NCBI GenBank assembly: GCA_964478355.1
Contig: CAYZIF010000003.1
Location: 1-31,784, forward strand
Length of the DNA: 31,784 nt
Reading direction: 5' to 3'
From: an uncultured Candidatus Saccharibacteria bacterium
GTDB lineage: Bacteria > Patescibacteriota > Minisyncoccia > 2-02-FULL-40-12 > GWA2-44-9
This document shows positions 16,922 through 26,521 of this stretch, piece after piece (within the stretch, counting starts at the first letter, position 1; each line of letters opens with the position of its first letter). The notes below the pieces were generated by a model. That model did no database searches. It had not been told where the DNA came from and saw only the letters and a program-made list of their open reading frames with translations. The position numbers and the translations under genes were made by a program.

Positions 16922-17794
16922 TCACGAAATAACTTGAGTTTCCAGCATAAAACGATCCAGAGCAAGACGTTGGTTATACTTTGACTCTTGGAGAGCGCAT
17001 GATAACTCTAAGAGCCCTCGAGCCACGCCAGCGAGACGAGGTTCGCCGGTGAGATTTGCATGGGCCCACAACAACCACCACGAAACAACATCGCTGAGCG
17101 CATCATCATCAACCAGCGCTTTGGTGAGTGCGATTCGCTCGGCAACGCCCATGCTCAATATCTTTTTGAATTGCTCAAGCGAGCGCGCCACCTCATCGAG
17201 TCGCTTGTCTTGCACATATGCATACGCAAGACCCGGTCGCCCTTGAGCAACGACGGCGAGGAGCTTCTTCTGGGGAGGCGTTAGTGATAATTTAGCGAGC
17301 GCTTCATCCATGTGCGCATCCGCTATCGGCGCAAATCGTAATTCCTGACATCGCGACGCAATAGTTGGTAGCAACGAACCTGAAAATGCACTCATGAGGA
17401 AAAAGTAGAGATACTCTGGCGGTTCTTCGAGCACTTTGAGCAGCGTGTTAGCTGCTGCATCGCTAAGTCGATCGGCAGCATCAATGAGCACCACCTTTGC
17501 GGTGCCATACAACGGTCGCTGGTATGCCCACACCTTCATATCACGGATACTCTCTGCAGAAATATCAGTTGGTTTCCCCGTCTCCTTGCTCACCCCTGGT
17601 GCAAGCATCATCGCATCGGGGCTTTGCGCAACCACGGCGCCTCCCAAGAGCGCGGAAGCAATATCGACGGCAAATGTCTTCTTACCTACACCCTCGGGCC
17701 CCACAAGCAGCAGAGCGCGCGACAATGTTCCTTGCGCTAGCAATTGTTCTATATGATGCTTCTGCTGCTCATGTCCGACGACACTCCAGTTCAT
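16922..17794 (-). CDS. holB: DNA polymerase III subunit delta'
   Basis: LLVGPEGVGK, KVVLIDAADRLSDAAANTLLKVLEEPP, TIASRCQ; short clamp-loader subunit. Confidence 0.85.
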   Translation of the reverse strand: MNWSVVGHEQQKHHIEQLLAQGTLSRALLLVGPEGVGKKTFAVDIASALLGGAVVAQSPDAMMLAPGVSKETGKPTDISAESIRDMKVWAYQRPLYGTAKVVLIDAADRLSDAAANTLLKVLEEPPEYLYFFLMSAFSGSLLPTIASRCQELRFAPIADAHMDEALAKLSLTPPQKKLLAVVAQGRPGLAYAYVQDKRLDEVARSLEQFKKILSMGVAERIALTKALVDDDALSDVVSWWLLWAHANLTGEPRLAGVARGLLELSCALQESKYNQRLALDRFMLETQVIS

Positions 17795-17892
17795 ACGAAG
17801 AATCTACCACGCACTCTCAGGCTCCACCAGTACTGACTCGCAACGGCTATGCCCTCGTCTTAGCCGTTGGCATAAGTACAGCACTACGATTA

Positions 17893-19017
17893 CTAGCTTT
17901 GCAATATCGCCTGCGCGATGCGTTGTGCAGCATCGGGTTTTGCAAACTGACGAATACGCGATGAGGCATCGGCGTACGTGGCGGGATCGAGAAGTCTATT
18001 GATTTGAAGCATGAGTACCTGTGCGCTGACATTGGCTCCATCCATAACAACGGCCCCGAGCCGACCTAGTTCTGCGGCATTAACCAGTTGATGGTCGTTG
18101 GCAGAACCTGGCAAGGGAACAATAATCATAGGCTTTCCCAAAAACGAAAGCTCAGTCAGCATTCCCGCGGAAGCGCGCGTCACCGCGATGTCAGCAGCGC
18201 CATAGGCGGTGGCAAGCTGTCCTTGGTCCAGAAACGGATAAACACGATACTGCGCAGCAATGAGTGGAGCGTAGGAGTCTTTGCCTTCCTGCATAAAGAG
18301 TTCAACGGCTTTCTTAACTTCATCAAAATTTCGCTCACCCGTTTGATGAATTACCTGAAAGCCTTTCTGGACGAGTTGTACAAGTGCATTGAGAACTAAA
18401 TCGTTGAGTTGCTTGGCACCCAACGAACTTCCGGTAATAAAAATAGTTTTCTTGGATGCATCGAGCTTGAGCGCCCCATGAGCCATGGCTCGATCCACGC
18501 AACACAACTCAGCGCGAAATGGGTTACCCACCAAGAGCGTTGGCCTGCCGAGATCTGAAAAATATTTGTCTGCACTTGCAAACGACGTGAACACCAAAAC
18601 GCTTTTTTTGGCGAGCATGCGGTTGGCCAACCCCGGAACAGAATCCGATTCATGTAGGTACACTGGAATACGGTAGAGGCGGGCCACCCAAACTGGAAAT
18701 GCGCAGGTGTATCCCCCTTTTGCAAACACCGCGTCAGGCATGTACAGCAGTAACTTCCACAGAGACTGCACCAGTGCGATAGGAATCTTGAACATATCGA
18801 ATAGATTACCCGCACTGGTGTAGCGTCGCAGCTTCGGAGCGATGATTGTAGTAAAGGGAATACCTGCTTCTTCTGCGGCGCGGCGAACCATAGAACCATC
18901 CCCCATCATATACACCTCTACGTCACTCGATTGCGCCTTCAGAGCTCGCGCAACAGCAACCAGAGGGTATATGTGCCCTCCAGTACCTCCGCCCACAAGG
19001 AGTACGCGCATCGTCAT
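17893..19017 (-). CDS. murG: Undecaprenyl-PP-MurNAc-pentapeptide GlcNAc transferase
   Basis: GGGTGGHIYP, KGGY, HESDSVPGLANR, GNP, GSSLGA, HQLVNA. Confidence 0.93.
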   Translation of the reverse strand: MTMRVLLVGGGTGGHIYPLVAVARALKAQSSDVEVYMMGDGSMVRRAAEEAGIPFTTIIAPKLRRYTSAGNLFDMFKIPIALVQSLWKLLLYMPDAVFAKGGYTCAFPVWVARLYRIPVYLHESDSVPGLANRMLAKKSVLVFTSFASADKYFSDLGRPTLLVGNPFRAELCCVDRAMAHGALKLDASKKTIFITGSSLGAKQLNDLVLNALVQLVQKGFQVIHQTGERNFDEVKKAVELFMQEGKDSYAPLIAAQYRVYPFLDQGQLATAYGAADIAVTRASAGMLTELSFLGKPMIIVPLPGSANDHQLVNAAELGRLGAVVMDGANVSAQVLMLQINRLLDPATYADASSRIRQFAKPDAAQRIAQAILQS

Positions 19018-19631
19018 GGCTTATCGGGTTGGGATTTAACAGCACCTCGACTCACCGATGATCGGAGGTCGTGATAGATGCGAATCTGCATACAAGCTCC
19101 TAGGAATGCGAAGACTCCGCCAAGTAAGAAGGCAACATGAAATCCGTAACGAGTCACAACCACTCCAGAAAGCGCCGCCGCGCTGGCACCACTGATTCCA
19201 ATGGCAACTGATTCCATAGACCACTCCACATTCTCACGCATCTTATCGATGTGTCGCGTGAAGATTGCATACCACGGAGGAACGGCCAAGGCAGTGCCGA
19301 CTCCGAACCACGCCTGAATAAGGTACACATGCCACGCTTCGGAGGCAAAAAGATACATGAATGGAGTTGAAGCTACGATGAAGCTCCCCGTAACCATGCT
19401 GTAGTAATCGTCGAATTCGCCATGATTTCGATCGAGCCATCGCGCCACCGGTATCTGAAGACACGCTTTAACAATCTGTGCTATGGCAGCCGCAAAGCCG
19501 ACTACTTCCACGGAGCCGTTTTGTATCTGACCCGTAACGAACACAGCGAACACGGGAGCGAACACTGAAAAACCCGCGTTGATAAGAAAATCGCTGGTAA
19601 TAAGAACCCGAATCGTATGGCTAATACGCAT
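19014..19631 (-). CDS. Half-size (about 6 TM) MFS-like transporter
   Basis: 205 aa with about 6 hydrophobic helices and an MFS motif-A-like ARWLDRNHG after TM2; the stop overlaps the murG start. Confidence 0.7.
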   Translation of the reverse strand: MRISHTIRVLITSDFLINAGFSVFAPVFAVFVTGQIQNGSVEVVGFAAAIAQIVKACLQIPVARWLDRNHGEFDDYYSMVTGSFIVASTPFMYLFASEAWHVYLIQAWFGVGTALAVPPWYAIFTRHIDKMRENVEWSMESVAIGISGASAAALSGVVVTRYGFHVAFLLGGVFAFLGACMQIRIYHDLRSSVSRGAVKSQPDKP

Positions 19632-19648
19632 AGTCTCAGTATACCAGA

Positions 19649-19668
19649 AGACCGCCGTGAGGCGGTCT
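19649..19668 (-). terminator. Hairpin after the S8 protease gene (probable terminator)
   Basis: 8 bp perfect stem AGACCGCC / GGCGGTCT with a 4 nt loop; the U-tract is weak. Confidence 0.45.
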
Positions 19669-19686
19669 ATGAACTGTGTATGACTG

Positions 19687-20868
19687 CTACTTCGCTATGA
19701 TTGTGGGGACACCCCAACCGGTCGCATTGTCATCACCCTTGACGCCCACATCACGAGAGAGCTCACGAAGCAAGGCACGAGTTGCCTGAGCGGGATGTTT
19801 TGCGGTGTGTTGCCACATCACAGCGGCAAGACCAGCAACATGGGGAACGGCCATGGAAGTTCCCGAGAGAATTGCATATCCTCCCTCGCGGAATGTAGAT
19901 TCGATATTCACACCAGGTGCCGCAAACTCTACATCTCCATTCTCTAATAAGTATGCCTTGGTTGTCTCATTGATGCCTCGGGATGAAAATTCCGCAGGCT
20001 CACCAACATCATCAACAGCCGCAACGGAAAGCACCGAAGGTTCGCGTGCAGGCCAGTCAAGACTGTCCTCGTAAGGACCATCATTGCCAGCAGGAGCGAC
20101 CACCATAACACCATGCTCAGCAGCATACGCAAGAGCATCATTAATGAACGAGCTCTGTGCTTCACCACCCATGCCCAAAACGATAATCTGCACCCCCGCT
20201 TCAACGGCATGTTGGATAGCAATGGCAATATCGTCGGAGAGACACGTTCCCGCAGAACCACATACTCGATAAGCTGAAATGCTCGCTTGAGGAGCGAAGC
20301 CGTACATTCCCGTTAAGTCGGGACCACCATCAGCAACAAGCACGCCAGCCATGTGCGTGCCGTGTCCATTCTGATCAGCGCATGTGCCATCAATAAAACC
20401 TTCCGTGGCATCGGCAAGATCAAAGCATCCAAATACTCGTTCGGAAAGATCGGGGTGCGCCTGCTCGATGCCGGTATCAAGAAGTGCAATGTGCACGCCC
20501 TTGCCACCCTTGGTGGATTGCAAATCTGACTCGCCTAACATTTCTTGAATACTCCACGAGACTCCCTGAGTTGGCGTGGTCTGGGGAGTTGGCGAGACCG
20601 ATTCGACTGCGTCAGCGAGAATATAAAACTTTTTTACTAAAATTGGCTTTAAGCCGGCAAGGCGAGCGATGCGAAGCTGAATATCGCTCAAGTCTGCGGT
20701 AAAGCCATCGGAGAAAACATGACGGGCATCCATTGCACTACGCCAAAACGAGCGATTGGTCGCCATATAGTATCGGGCACTGGGAGCACTCGAGGCCGCC
20801 AAAGCAGTGGTCGGAGCGAGTACCAGCAAGCAAAATGCAAGGAAAAACGCGGTGGTCTTTGAAGTCAT
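19687..20868 (-). CDS. Secreted subtilisin-like serine protease (S8)
   Basis: Signal peptide, short prodomain, triad D (LLDTG), H (GHGTHMAG), S (SGTSMAVPHVAG) and oxyanion N (AGNDG). Confidence 0.92.
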   Translation of the reverse strand: MTSKTTAFFLAFCLLVLAPTTALAASSAPSARYYMATNRSFWRSAMDARHVFSDGFTADLSDIQLRIARLAGLKPILVKKFYILADAVESVSPTPQTTPTQGVSWSIQEMLGESDLQSTKGGKGVHIALLDTGIEQAHPDLSERVFGCFDLADATEGFIDGTCADQNGHGTHMAGVLVADGGPDLTGMYGFAPQASISAYRVCGSAGTCLSDDIAIAIQHAVEAGVQIIVLGMGGEAQSSFINDALAYAAEHGVMVVAPAGNDGPYEDSLDWPAREPSVLSVAAVDDVGEPAEFSSRGINETTKAYLLENGDVEFAAPGVNIESTFREGGYAILSGTSMAVPHVAGLAAVMWQHTAKHPAQATRALLRELSRDVGVKGDDNATGWGVPTIIAK

Positions 20869-20920
20869 GGCCTAGGCACAGGATACCATATCCACACCCT
20901 TAGAACAACTGCCCTGTGTA

Positions 20921-21547
20921 TTACGCATCGGACGGTTTTTGAGGGCCACAGTCAAATTTTTTGAGCACTTGAATGTCTTCAAGAAGGACATGCTTGATGG
21001 GTGGATTATAGACCGCAACAGCAGGGTGATAGAGAGGCACTATCGTGATGGGTCCATAGGAGGCAGTAGCGTCAAAGACCCTCCCGTGCATAGCACTTAT
21101 GGGCATAAGCTGGTCCTGGAGGCCATAAAGGTTCATGACATACCCCATGGCGTAGCGGCCCAGTGGTACCACTATGCTGGGCTGAAGTATCGCCAATTGC
21201 CTATCAAGAAACGGTCCATAGATAGTAATCTCCTCGGGCAACGGATCGCGATTAAAAGGCGGCCTATCTTTTACGATGTTAGTGATATAGATATCATCAC
21301 GGGCAATATCTATGGATGCGAGCAATTCATTGAGCACTTTTCCTGCCGCCCCGATAAAAGGACGCCCCGACGCAGCCTCGTGTCGCCCTGGCGCTTCTCC
21401 AATGAGCACAACGCGGGCCCAGTGACTCCCCTCACCGAGTACAGGATGCGCATTGGTAGCAATGCGCTGCTCATAGAGCGGCGATTGTGTGAGCGCTAAA
21501 ACCTCATCTCGAATTTCTCGGAGTTGCTCAGTGCGATCAATTGCCAT
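20921..21547 (-). CDS. Uracil-DNA glycosylase, family 4-like
   Basis: IGEAPGRHE, GRPFIGAAG, YITNIVK.RPP, PLYHPA. Start re-assigned to ATG 21547 (MAIDRTEQL). Confidence 0.88.
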   Translation of the reverse strand: MAIDRTEQLREIRDEVLALTQSPLYEQRIATNAHPVLGEGSHWARVVLIGEAPGRHEAASGRPFIGAAGKVLNELLASIDIARDDIYITNIVKDRPPFNRDPLPEEITIYGPFLDRQLAILQPSIVVPLGRYAMGYVMNLYGLQDQLMPISAMHGRVFDATASYGPITIVPLYHPAVAVYNPPIKHVLLEDIQVLKKFDCGPQKPSDA

Positions 21548-21563
21548 AGGTTCTATCCTACCG

Positions 21564-22889
21564 TCATGCCTTGCCAGCCGCAAGCGCAAGCATCGCCCAC
21601 CAGATAATTTTTCCCTGCTGCAACGTCCAATAGAAATGATCGAGCGAGCCAATCGCCAGCATTGCTACCACGATAGCGCACAATCCCATACGAAGCATCG
21701 GCTGGTGACGATGCGCGTCCCACATTATGCGTACAATAAGACCAAGCCACAACAGCCACGCAGTGAGACCCAAGACCCCAATCTCGGAGTATGCCATCAA
21801 ATAAATGTTATGGGCGGGTTGTGTTAAAAATGACGGCAACGTTCGATCGTATAGCGCAAGCCACGATGTAAAATTGCCAATTCCCACTCCAGTCCAATTC
21901 ACTGAAAGTAAACTTCGCACACCCGATGAGATTGCTTCATCGTTATACTTTACCCGCAAACGCACCGCTTCATCTGAAGATGAGATCGTCATACGAGCAA
22001 CTACGGTCGGCCAGAGAAGTGCACAAAATCCAATCGTTACCACGAGAGCGGTTAGGGTAAGCGCTCGAAGTCGCTGGCGTATCTCTTGTATATTCTCCCA
22101 TCGCACACTTGAGCGCGACCACCACACAATCGCCATGCACACCGCCCATGAGGCTGCCCATACGGCGATGATGGTACGAGAGAATGTAAGATACTGCCCC
22201 AGGAGAAGGAGTGCGAAGGCGCCATGCCACACCAGAGCGTGAACGCCGCGTTGCGCTCCGCGCCGAATCCAGAGCCATACAAAAAGCCAGAGCGCAATCA
22301 TCGTGTATGCCGCCAATACATTCGGATGAGGTAGCGAGCCATATGCGCGCAGTATCTTCTGTCCCGCCATGTCATAGAACACAGCCACTCCACGCATATC
22401 GGTGCGTAGCAGCGTTTCTCCAATCCATCGTATGCCCACGTCATGCTGCAGTATAAATTGACTCAATCCTAAGAACGCTTGCGCGAGGACGCCCAGTATA
22501 AAAGCCAGAGCACTCATATCGCCATCAAACGTGCGCCACGCATGGTAGCGAAGATATAAGAAGAACAGCATGTATTGGAAAAATCGAAGTGCCGCAATAC
22601 CACCCAGTGTCAGCTCTCGTGCGTTCGCCAGCGAGAGGACAACAAAGATACCTAGAGCGCCAAAGAGTACCCCGTGCGGCGTGGTAATGCGAAATGACTC
22701 TTTCGAGAGCCTCGGGAGCACCAACAAAAATAAGAGCGCCATAGCCACATCGCTCACGTAGAGCGTTGCTGCTCGCCACTCAATAAAAATAGGATCAGCC
22801 TGCCACACGATGATACGTGTCTGCCATGCCACGCTCAAAAGAAACGCGTACCACACCCAGCGCTCGAAACGAGCAATCATTGTAGTCAT
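21564..22889 (-). CDS. O-antigen ligase / Wzy_C family membrane protein
   Basis: Polytopic protein with RAYGSLPHPNVLA, TFSR and PAHNIYLMAYSEIGVLG. Confidence 0.8.
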   Translation of the reverse strand: MTTMIARFERWVWYAFLLSVAWQTRIIVWQADPIFIEWRAATLYVSDVAMALLFLLVLPRLSKESFRITTPHGVLFGALGIFVVLSLANARELTLGGIAALRFFQYMLFFLYLRYHAWRTFDGDMSALAFILGVLAQAFLGLSQFILQHDVGIRWIGETLLRTDMRGVAVFYDMAGQKILRAYGSLPHPNVLAAYTMIALWLFVWLWIRRGAQRGVHALVWHGAFALLLLGQYLTFSRTIIAVWAASWAVCMAIVWWSRSSVRWENIQEIRQRLRALTLTALVVTIGFCALLWPTVVARMTISSSDEAVRLRVKYNDEAISSGVRSLLSVNWTGVGIGNFTSWLALYDRTLPSFLTQPAHNIYLMAYSEIGVLGLTAWLLWLGLIVRIMWDAHRHQPMLRMGLCAIVVAMLAIGSLDHFYWTLQQGKIIWWAMLALAAGKA

Positions 22890-24034
22890 CTTAGGAGAAG
22901 CTCAGCAACAACTCCGCAAGTAAAAAATAGTGCTAAAGCAATCACGAAGAGGGTTGACACTGGCGTGCTCACTTCGGGTTCACGCGTGCGATGGCGGCGC
23001 GCTCGTACGTATGCGATGAGAAGAAGCACACACTGCACTCCAAGGGCAACGGCACCAACTAAACCAATAATATCGATGAAGTTTCTCAATCCAGCAATGA
23101 AGAATAGGAGCGGTGGCGTCACGACAAAGAACCATGCAATCGAGGGACGCTGGCGATAATCAACGTGTAATGTTTCAAAGAGTGCCGTTCCGAGGATAAT
23201 GTACGAAGTAGTTATTGTAAGAATACCGAGAATAGAACCTAGGACGATCATGGGAGTGCCCAGAAAACTATAAAGCCCAGCAAGCGCCGATGGAGACGTT
23301 GCATCTCCGCTAACTCCTACGACAACAAATGCGAACAACATATAGAGCAACGCCGTGAAGAGAATGGCACCAATAATCGCGGGGCGCATCAGGCGTTCAC
23401 GACCCGATAAGAGCTGGCGCTGAAGCGGGAGAGCTGACAAGCCCGCAAAGGCAAAGAGAAGGACTCCGTAGGGCAGGTACCAATATTCGGGTGTCGAACC
23501 TACAAAATTCTCAAACCGAACTGAAGAAGCACCCAGCACAACGATGGACAGTACTGCAATGGTGTAGAGCGTAATGAGAATGACCTCGATTTTGGCAATG
23601 GTCTTTACGCGGAGAAACCAGAATAACGCTCCGATGAGTGCAAAACAAACGCTGTAGAGCTGCGGATCAATCGTGAGAAAGTGTGAAAGGGTGTTATGTA
23701 AAAACTCTCCAGCTACGATGATGTACGCCAAAAGAGCGCCGTACATAGAAATGAGGTACGCGACCGTCGACAGCCAACGCGCTCGGGGTCCGAGCCATAC
23801 GTTCACATATCCGGAGACCTGATGCACGCCCGGCGTTGAGAGTATGAGTTCCGCAAAGAGTATGTCAAAAAAAGCAACAATACCCATCAGCAGCACGAGC
23901 CACAGAGTCCCCACCCAAAATCCTGCTTTTGCGAATGCAAAAGGAATTCCATAGATTCCAGCTCCGATCATCGTCCCAACGAGTACGGCGGCAGCGTGAT
24001 AGAATTTTTCATCCTGCAGAAAAGGGAAACGCAT
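22886..24034 (-). CDS. Amino acid permease (APC superfamily, aromatic/HAAAP-like)
   Basis: GTMIGAGIYGIPFAF in TM1 and YGVLLFAFAG in TM6; about 11 TM. Confidence 0.82.
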   Translation of the reverse strand: MRFPFLQDEKFYHAAAVLVGTMIGAGIYGIPFAFAKAGFWVGTLWLVLLMGIVAFFDILFAELILSTPGVHQVSGYVNVWLGPRARWLSTVAYLISMYGALLAYIIVAGEFLHNTLSHFLTIDPQLYSVCFALIGALFWFLRVKTIAKIEVILITLYTIAVLSIVVLGASSVRFENFVGSTPEYWYLPYGVLLFAFAGLSALPLQRQLLSGRERLMRPAIIGAILFTALLYMLFAFVVVGVSGDATSPSALAGLYSFLGTPMIVLGSILGILTITTSYIILGTALFETLHVDYRQRPSIAWFFVVTPPLLFFIAGLRNFIDIIGLVGAVALGVQCVLLLIAYVRARRHRTREPEVSTPVSTLFVIALALFFTCGVVAELLLR

Positions 24035-24066
24035 ACCCGCATTGTACCCCTCACCCTCTCACACTG

Positions 24067-24093
24067 CAAAAGCGGCGTTGAGCGCCGCTTTTG
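24067..24093 (-). terminator. Intrinsic terminator after lon
   Basis: CAAAAGCGGCG / CGCCGCTTTTG 11 bp inverted repeat starting 2 nt after the lon stop. Confidence 0.75.
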
Positions 24094-24095
24094 TA

Positions 24096-26453
24096 TTATC
24101 TCTTCTTTGCTCCTGAACGTTTCCGGAGTGCAATCGCGATGACCTCATCAACATGCGATACGAAATGGAACTTCAACTTCTTCTTCACTTCTGTAGGCAT
24201 ATCAGTCATGTCTCGCTTATTTTCGATGGGCACAATAACTTCTTTCATCCCTGCACGAAGAGCCGCGAGAGTTTTTTCTTTTAATCCACCAATCTCCATC
24301 ACCTTCCCACGCAGAGTCACCTCACCTGTCATAGCGATTTCTCGACGCACCGGCCAGCCCATAAACATCGAAACGAGTGCGGTGGTCAGTGCAATACCCG
24401 CAGAAGGACCGTCCTTCTTCACTGCGCCACTAGGAATATGGATGTGCAGATCTTCTTTGGACATATCGTACTCAACCCCATGGCGAGATGCCCATGCCCG
24501 AGCAAATGAAAGCGCAGCTTGCGCACTCTCGCGCATCACCTCTCCAAGTTGTCCCGTGAGGATAAGCTTGCCTTTTCCTGGCATACGACTGACTTCAATA
24601 GGAAATACCTCTCCTCCGACCGGCGTCCACGCCAACCCGGTAGCGACACCGATTTGATCACTGGTTTCACCCTGTTGATGTGCGTATCGCTCGACACCTA
24701 GTAAATCAGAGAGCTCGCTTGCGACAACTGAAGATTTCTTGGATCGCTTCCCCTCCACGATGGCACGAGTTACTTTTCGAATCACGGTATTTAAGAGTCG
24801 TGAAAGCTCACGAACGCCTGCTTCTCGCGTCCAATCTCGAATCAACTTCAAGAGCACGGAATCGGCGATACGAACCTCTTCTTTCTTGAGCCCGTGATCA
24901 CCAAGTGCCTTACCCCACAAAAATCCTTTCGCGATTTCAAGTTTCTCGGTTTCGGTGTATCCCGGAAAATCAATAATCTCTAAACGATCGCGAAGTGCCG
25001 CTGGAATTGTCTCCAGCGAATTCGCGGTTGCAATAAACAAGACATCGGACAAATCCAATGGCATCTCAAGATAGTGATCCGAGAAAGCGTTATTCTGCTG
25101 AGGATCAAGCGCCTCAAGAAGAGCAGAACTTGGGTCGCCACGAAAATCCATTCCAAGTTTGTCGATTTCGTCGAGCAAGAACACAGGGTTACGAACCTTT
25201 GCAGTGTGAATCCCCTGCACAATTCTACCCGGCATAGCACCAACATAGGTGCGACGATGGCCTCGAATTTCTGCTTCGTCCCGAATGCCTCCCAAAGAAA
25301 CGCGCGCAAACTTACGCCCTAATGCACGAGCAATACTCTGTCCAATACTCGTCTTTCCAGTTCCCGGTGGTCCGTAGAAACAAAGAATAGGACCCCTCAA
25401 TTTGCCAACCTGTTTTTGAACTGCGAGGTATTCGAGAATACGGTCTTTTACTTTTTCGAGACCAGCATGATCTTCATCAAGTATTTTCTTTGCCTGCTTT
25501 AAGTCGATTTTATCTTTTGTGGTTGCATTCCATGGCAATTCAACCAGCCAATCTAAATACGTACGAATATAGGAAACCTCTGGACTCATCGGTGGCATCT
25601 TGGTGAGACGTCCATACTCCTTGAGCGCTTTTTCGCGCACGGCATGCGGCATATCTGCTGACTCAATCTTCTTTTTGATACCATCGAGCTCTTCACGATC
25701 CTCATCAACTCCCAATTCTTTCTCAATACTCTTGAGCTGTTCACGCAAAAAGAACTCTTTTTGCATACGACCGATTTTGCGCTTTGTTTCTCGTGCTAAA
25801 TCTTTTTCCGCTTCGAGTACCTCCATCTCGCGCGAGAGGTAGATGTTCAATTGGCGGAGCGCATCGCCATGGCCTCGCATTTCCAAAATGTCTTGCTGCT
25901 GCTGTGTATCAAGATTCAAATTGGCAGCAACCAATCCCACAATCTGTTCTGCATCGCGCAACTGTGTCATCAGGTAGACAACCTCGGGTAAAATTGCAGG
26001 AAACGAACGAACATCTGCTACATGCTTGAATTGCTCCAAAACACGGCGTAACAGAGCTGCGTTCTCAGGACTCTCCATCGAATCCACGGATGTAATTTTT
26101 TGAGCACGAACCTGAAGGTACGGCGAAAATCCAACATACTGAGTGATGCGAGCTCGGCCGAGACCCTCTACATCAACCTTTGCCGATCCATCAGGGAGTC
26201 GAACAACGGAAATAATGCGACCGATAGTACCTACTGAAAAGAGATCATTTTCTCCAATATCGTCTTCGACATTTTTCTGGGTAACGAAAAGAACCAATCG
26301 ATCTGTGGCCAACGCGGCCTCCATAGCCAGAACAGACTTGGCGCGTTGAACAATCAGTGGGATGACCACCTTGGGAAATAGGACGGTGTTCTTCAACGCA
26401 ATCAACGGCAACTGGTCACTCCCCGTTGATGTAGTGGTTCGAAGTTCGCTCAT
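24096..26453 (-). CDS. lon: ATP-dependent Lon protease
   Basis: N-domain, Walker A GPPGTGKTS, LLDEIDK, catalytic Ser (KDGPSAG) and Lys (GGLKEK). Confidence 0.97.
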   Translation of the reverse strand: MSELRTTTSTGSDQLPLIALKNTVLFPKVVIPLIVQRAKSVLAMEAALATDRLVLFVTQKNVEDDIGENDLFSVGTIGRIISVVRLPDGSAKVDVEGLGRARITQYVGFSPYLQVRAQKITSVDSMESPENAALLRRVLEQFKHVADVRSFPAILPEVVYLMTQLRDAEQIVGLVAANLNLDTQQQQDILEMRGHGDALRQLNIYLSREMEVLEAEKDLARETKRKIGRMQKEFFLREQLKSIEKELGVDEDREELDGIKKKIESADMPHAVREKALKEYGRLTKMPPMSPEVSYIRTYLDWLVELPWNATTKDKIDLKQAKKILDEDHAGLEKVKDRILEYLAVQKQVGKLRGPILCFYGPPGTGKTSIGQSIARALGRKFARVSLGGIRDEAEIRGHRRTYVGAMPGRIVQGIHTAKVRNPVFLLDEIDKLGMDFRGDPSSALLEALDPQQNNAFSDHYLEMPLDLSDVLFIATANSLETIPAALRDRLEIIDFPGYTETEKLEIAKGFLWGKALGDHGLKKEEVRIADSVLLKLIRDWTREAGVRELSRLLNTVIRKVTRAIVEGKRSKKSSVVASELSDLLGVERYAHQQGETSDQIGVATGLAWTPVGGEVFPIEVSRMPGKGKLILTGQLGEVMRESAQAALSFARAWASRHGVEYDMSKEDLHIHIPSGAVKKDGPSAGIALTTALVSMFMGWPVRREIAMTGEVTLRGKVMEIGGLKEKTLAALRAGMKEVIVPIENKRDMTDMPTEVKKKLKFHFVSHVDEVIAIALRKRSGAKKR

Positions 26454-26462
26454 AGTATAGAG

Positions 26463-26491
26463 AGGATATCAAATATTGGCACTCAATGCAA
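26463..26491 (-). promoter_or_regulatory. lon promoter
   Basis: TTGCAT (26491-26486), 17 nt, TATCCT (26468-26463), with TG at the extended position. Confidence 0.6.
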
Positions 26492-26502
26492 GTGAGTGCC
26501 AG
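26476..26502. promoter_or_regulatory. CIRCE element (HrcA operator)
   Basis: TTGGCACTC-N9-GAGTGCCAG versus consensus TTAGCACTC-N9-GAGTGCTAA; it surrounds the lon -35 box. Confidence 0.75.
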
Positions 26503-26521
26503 TCTTGAATTTCGCTAGTTT

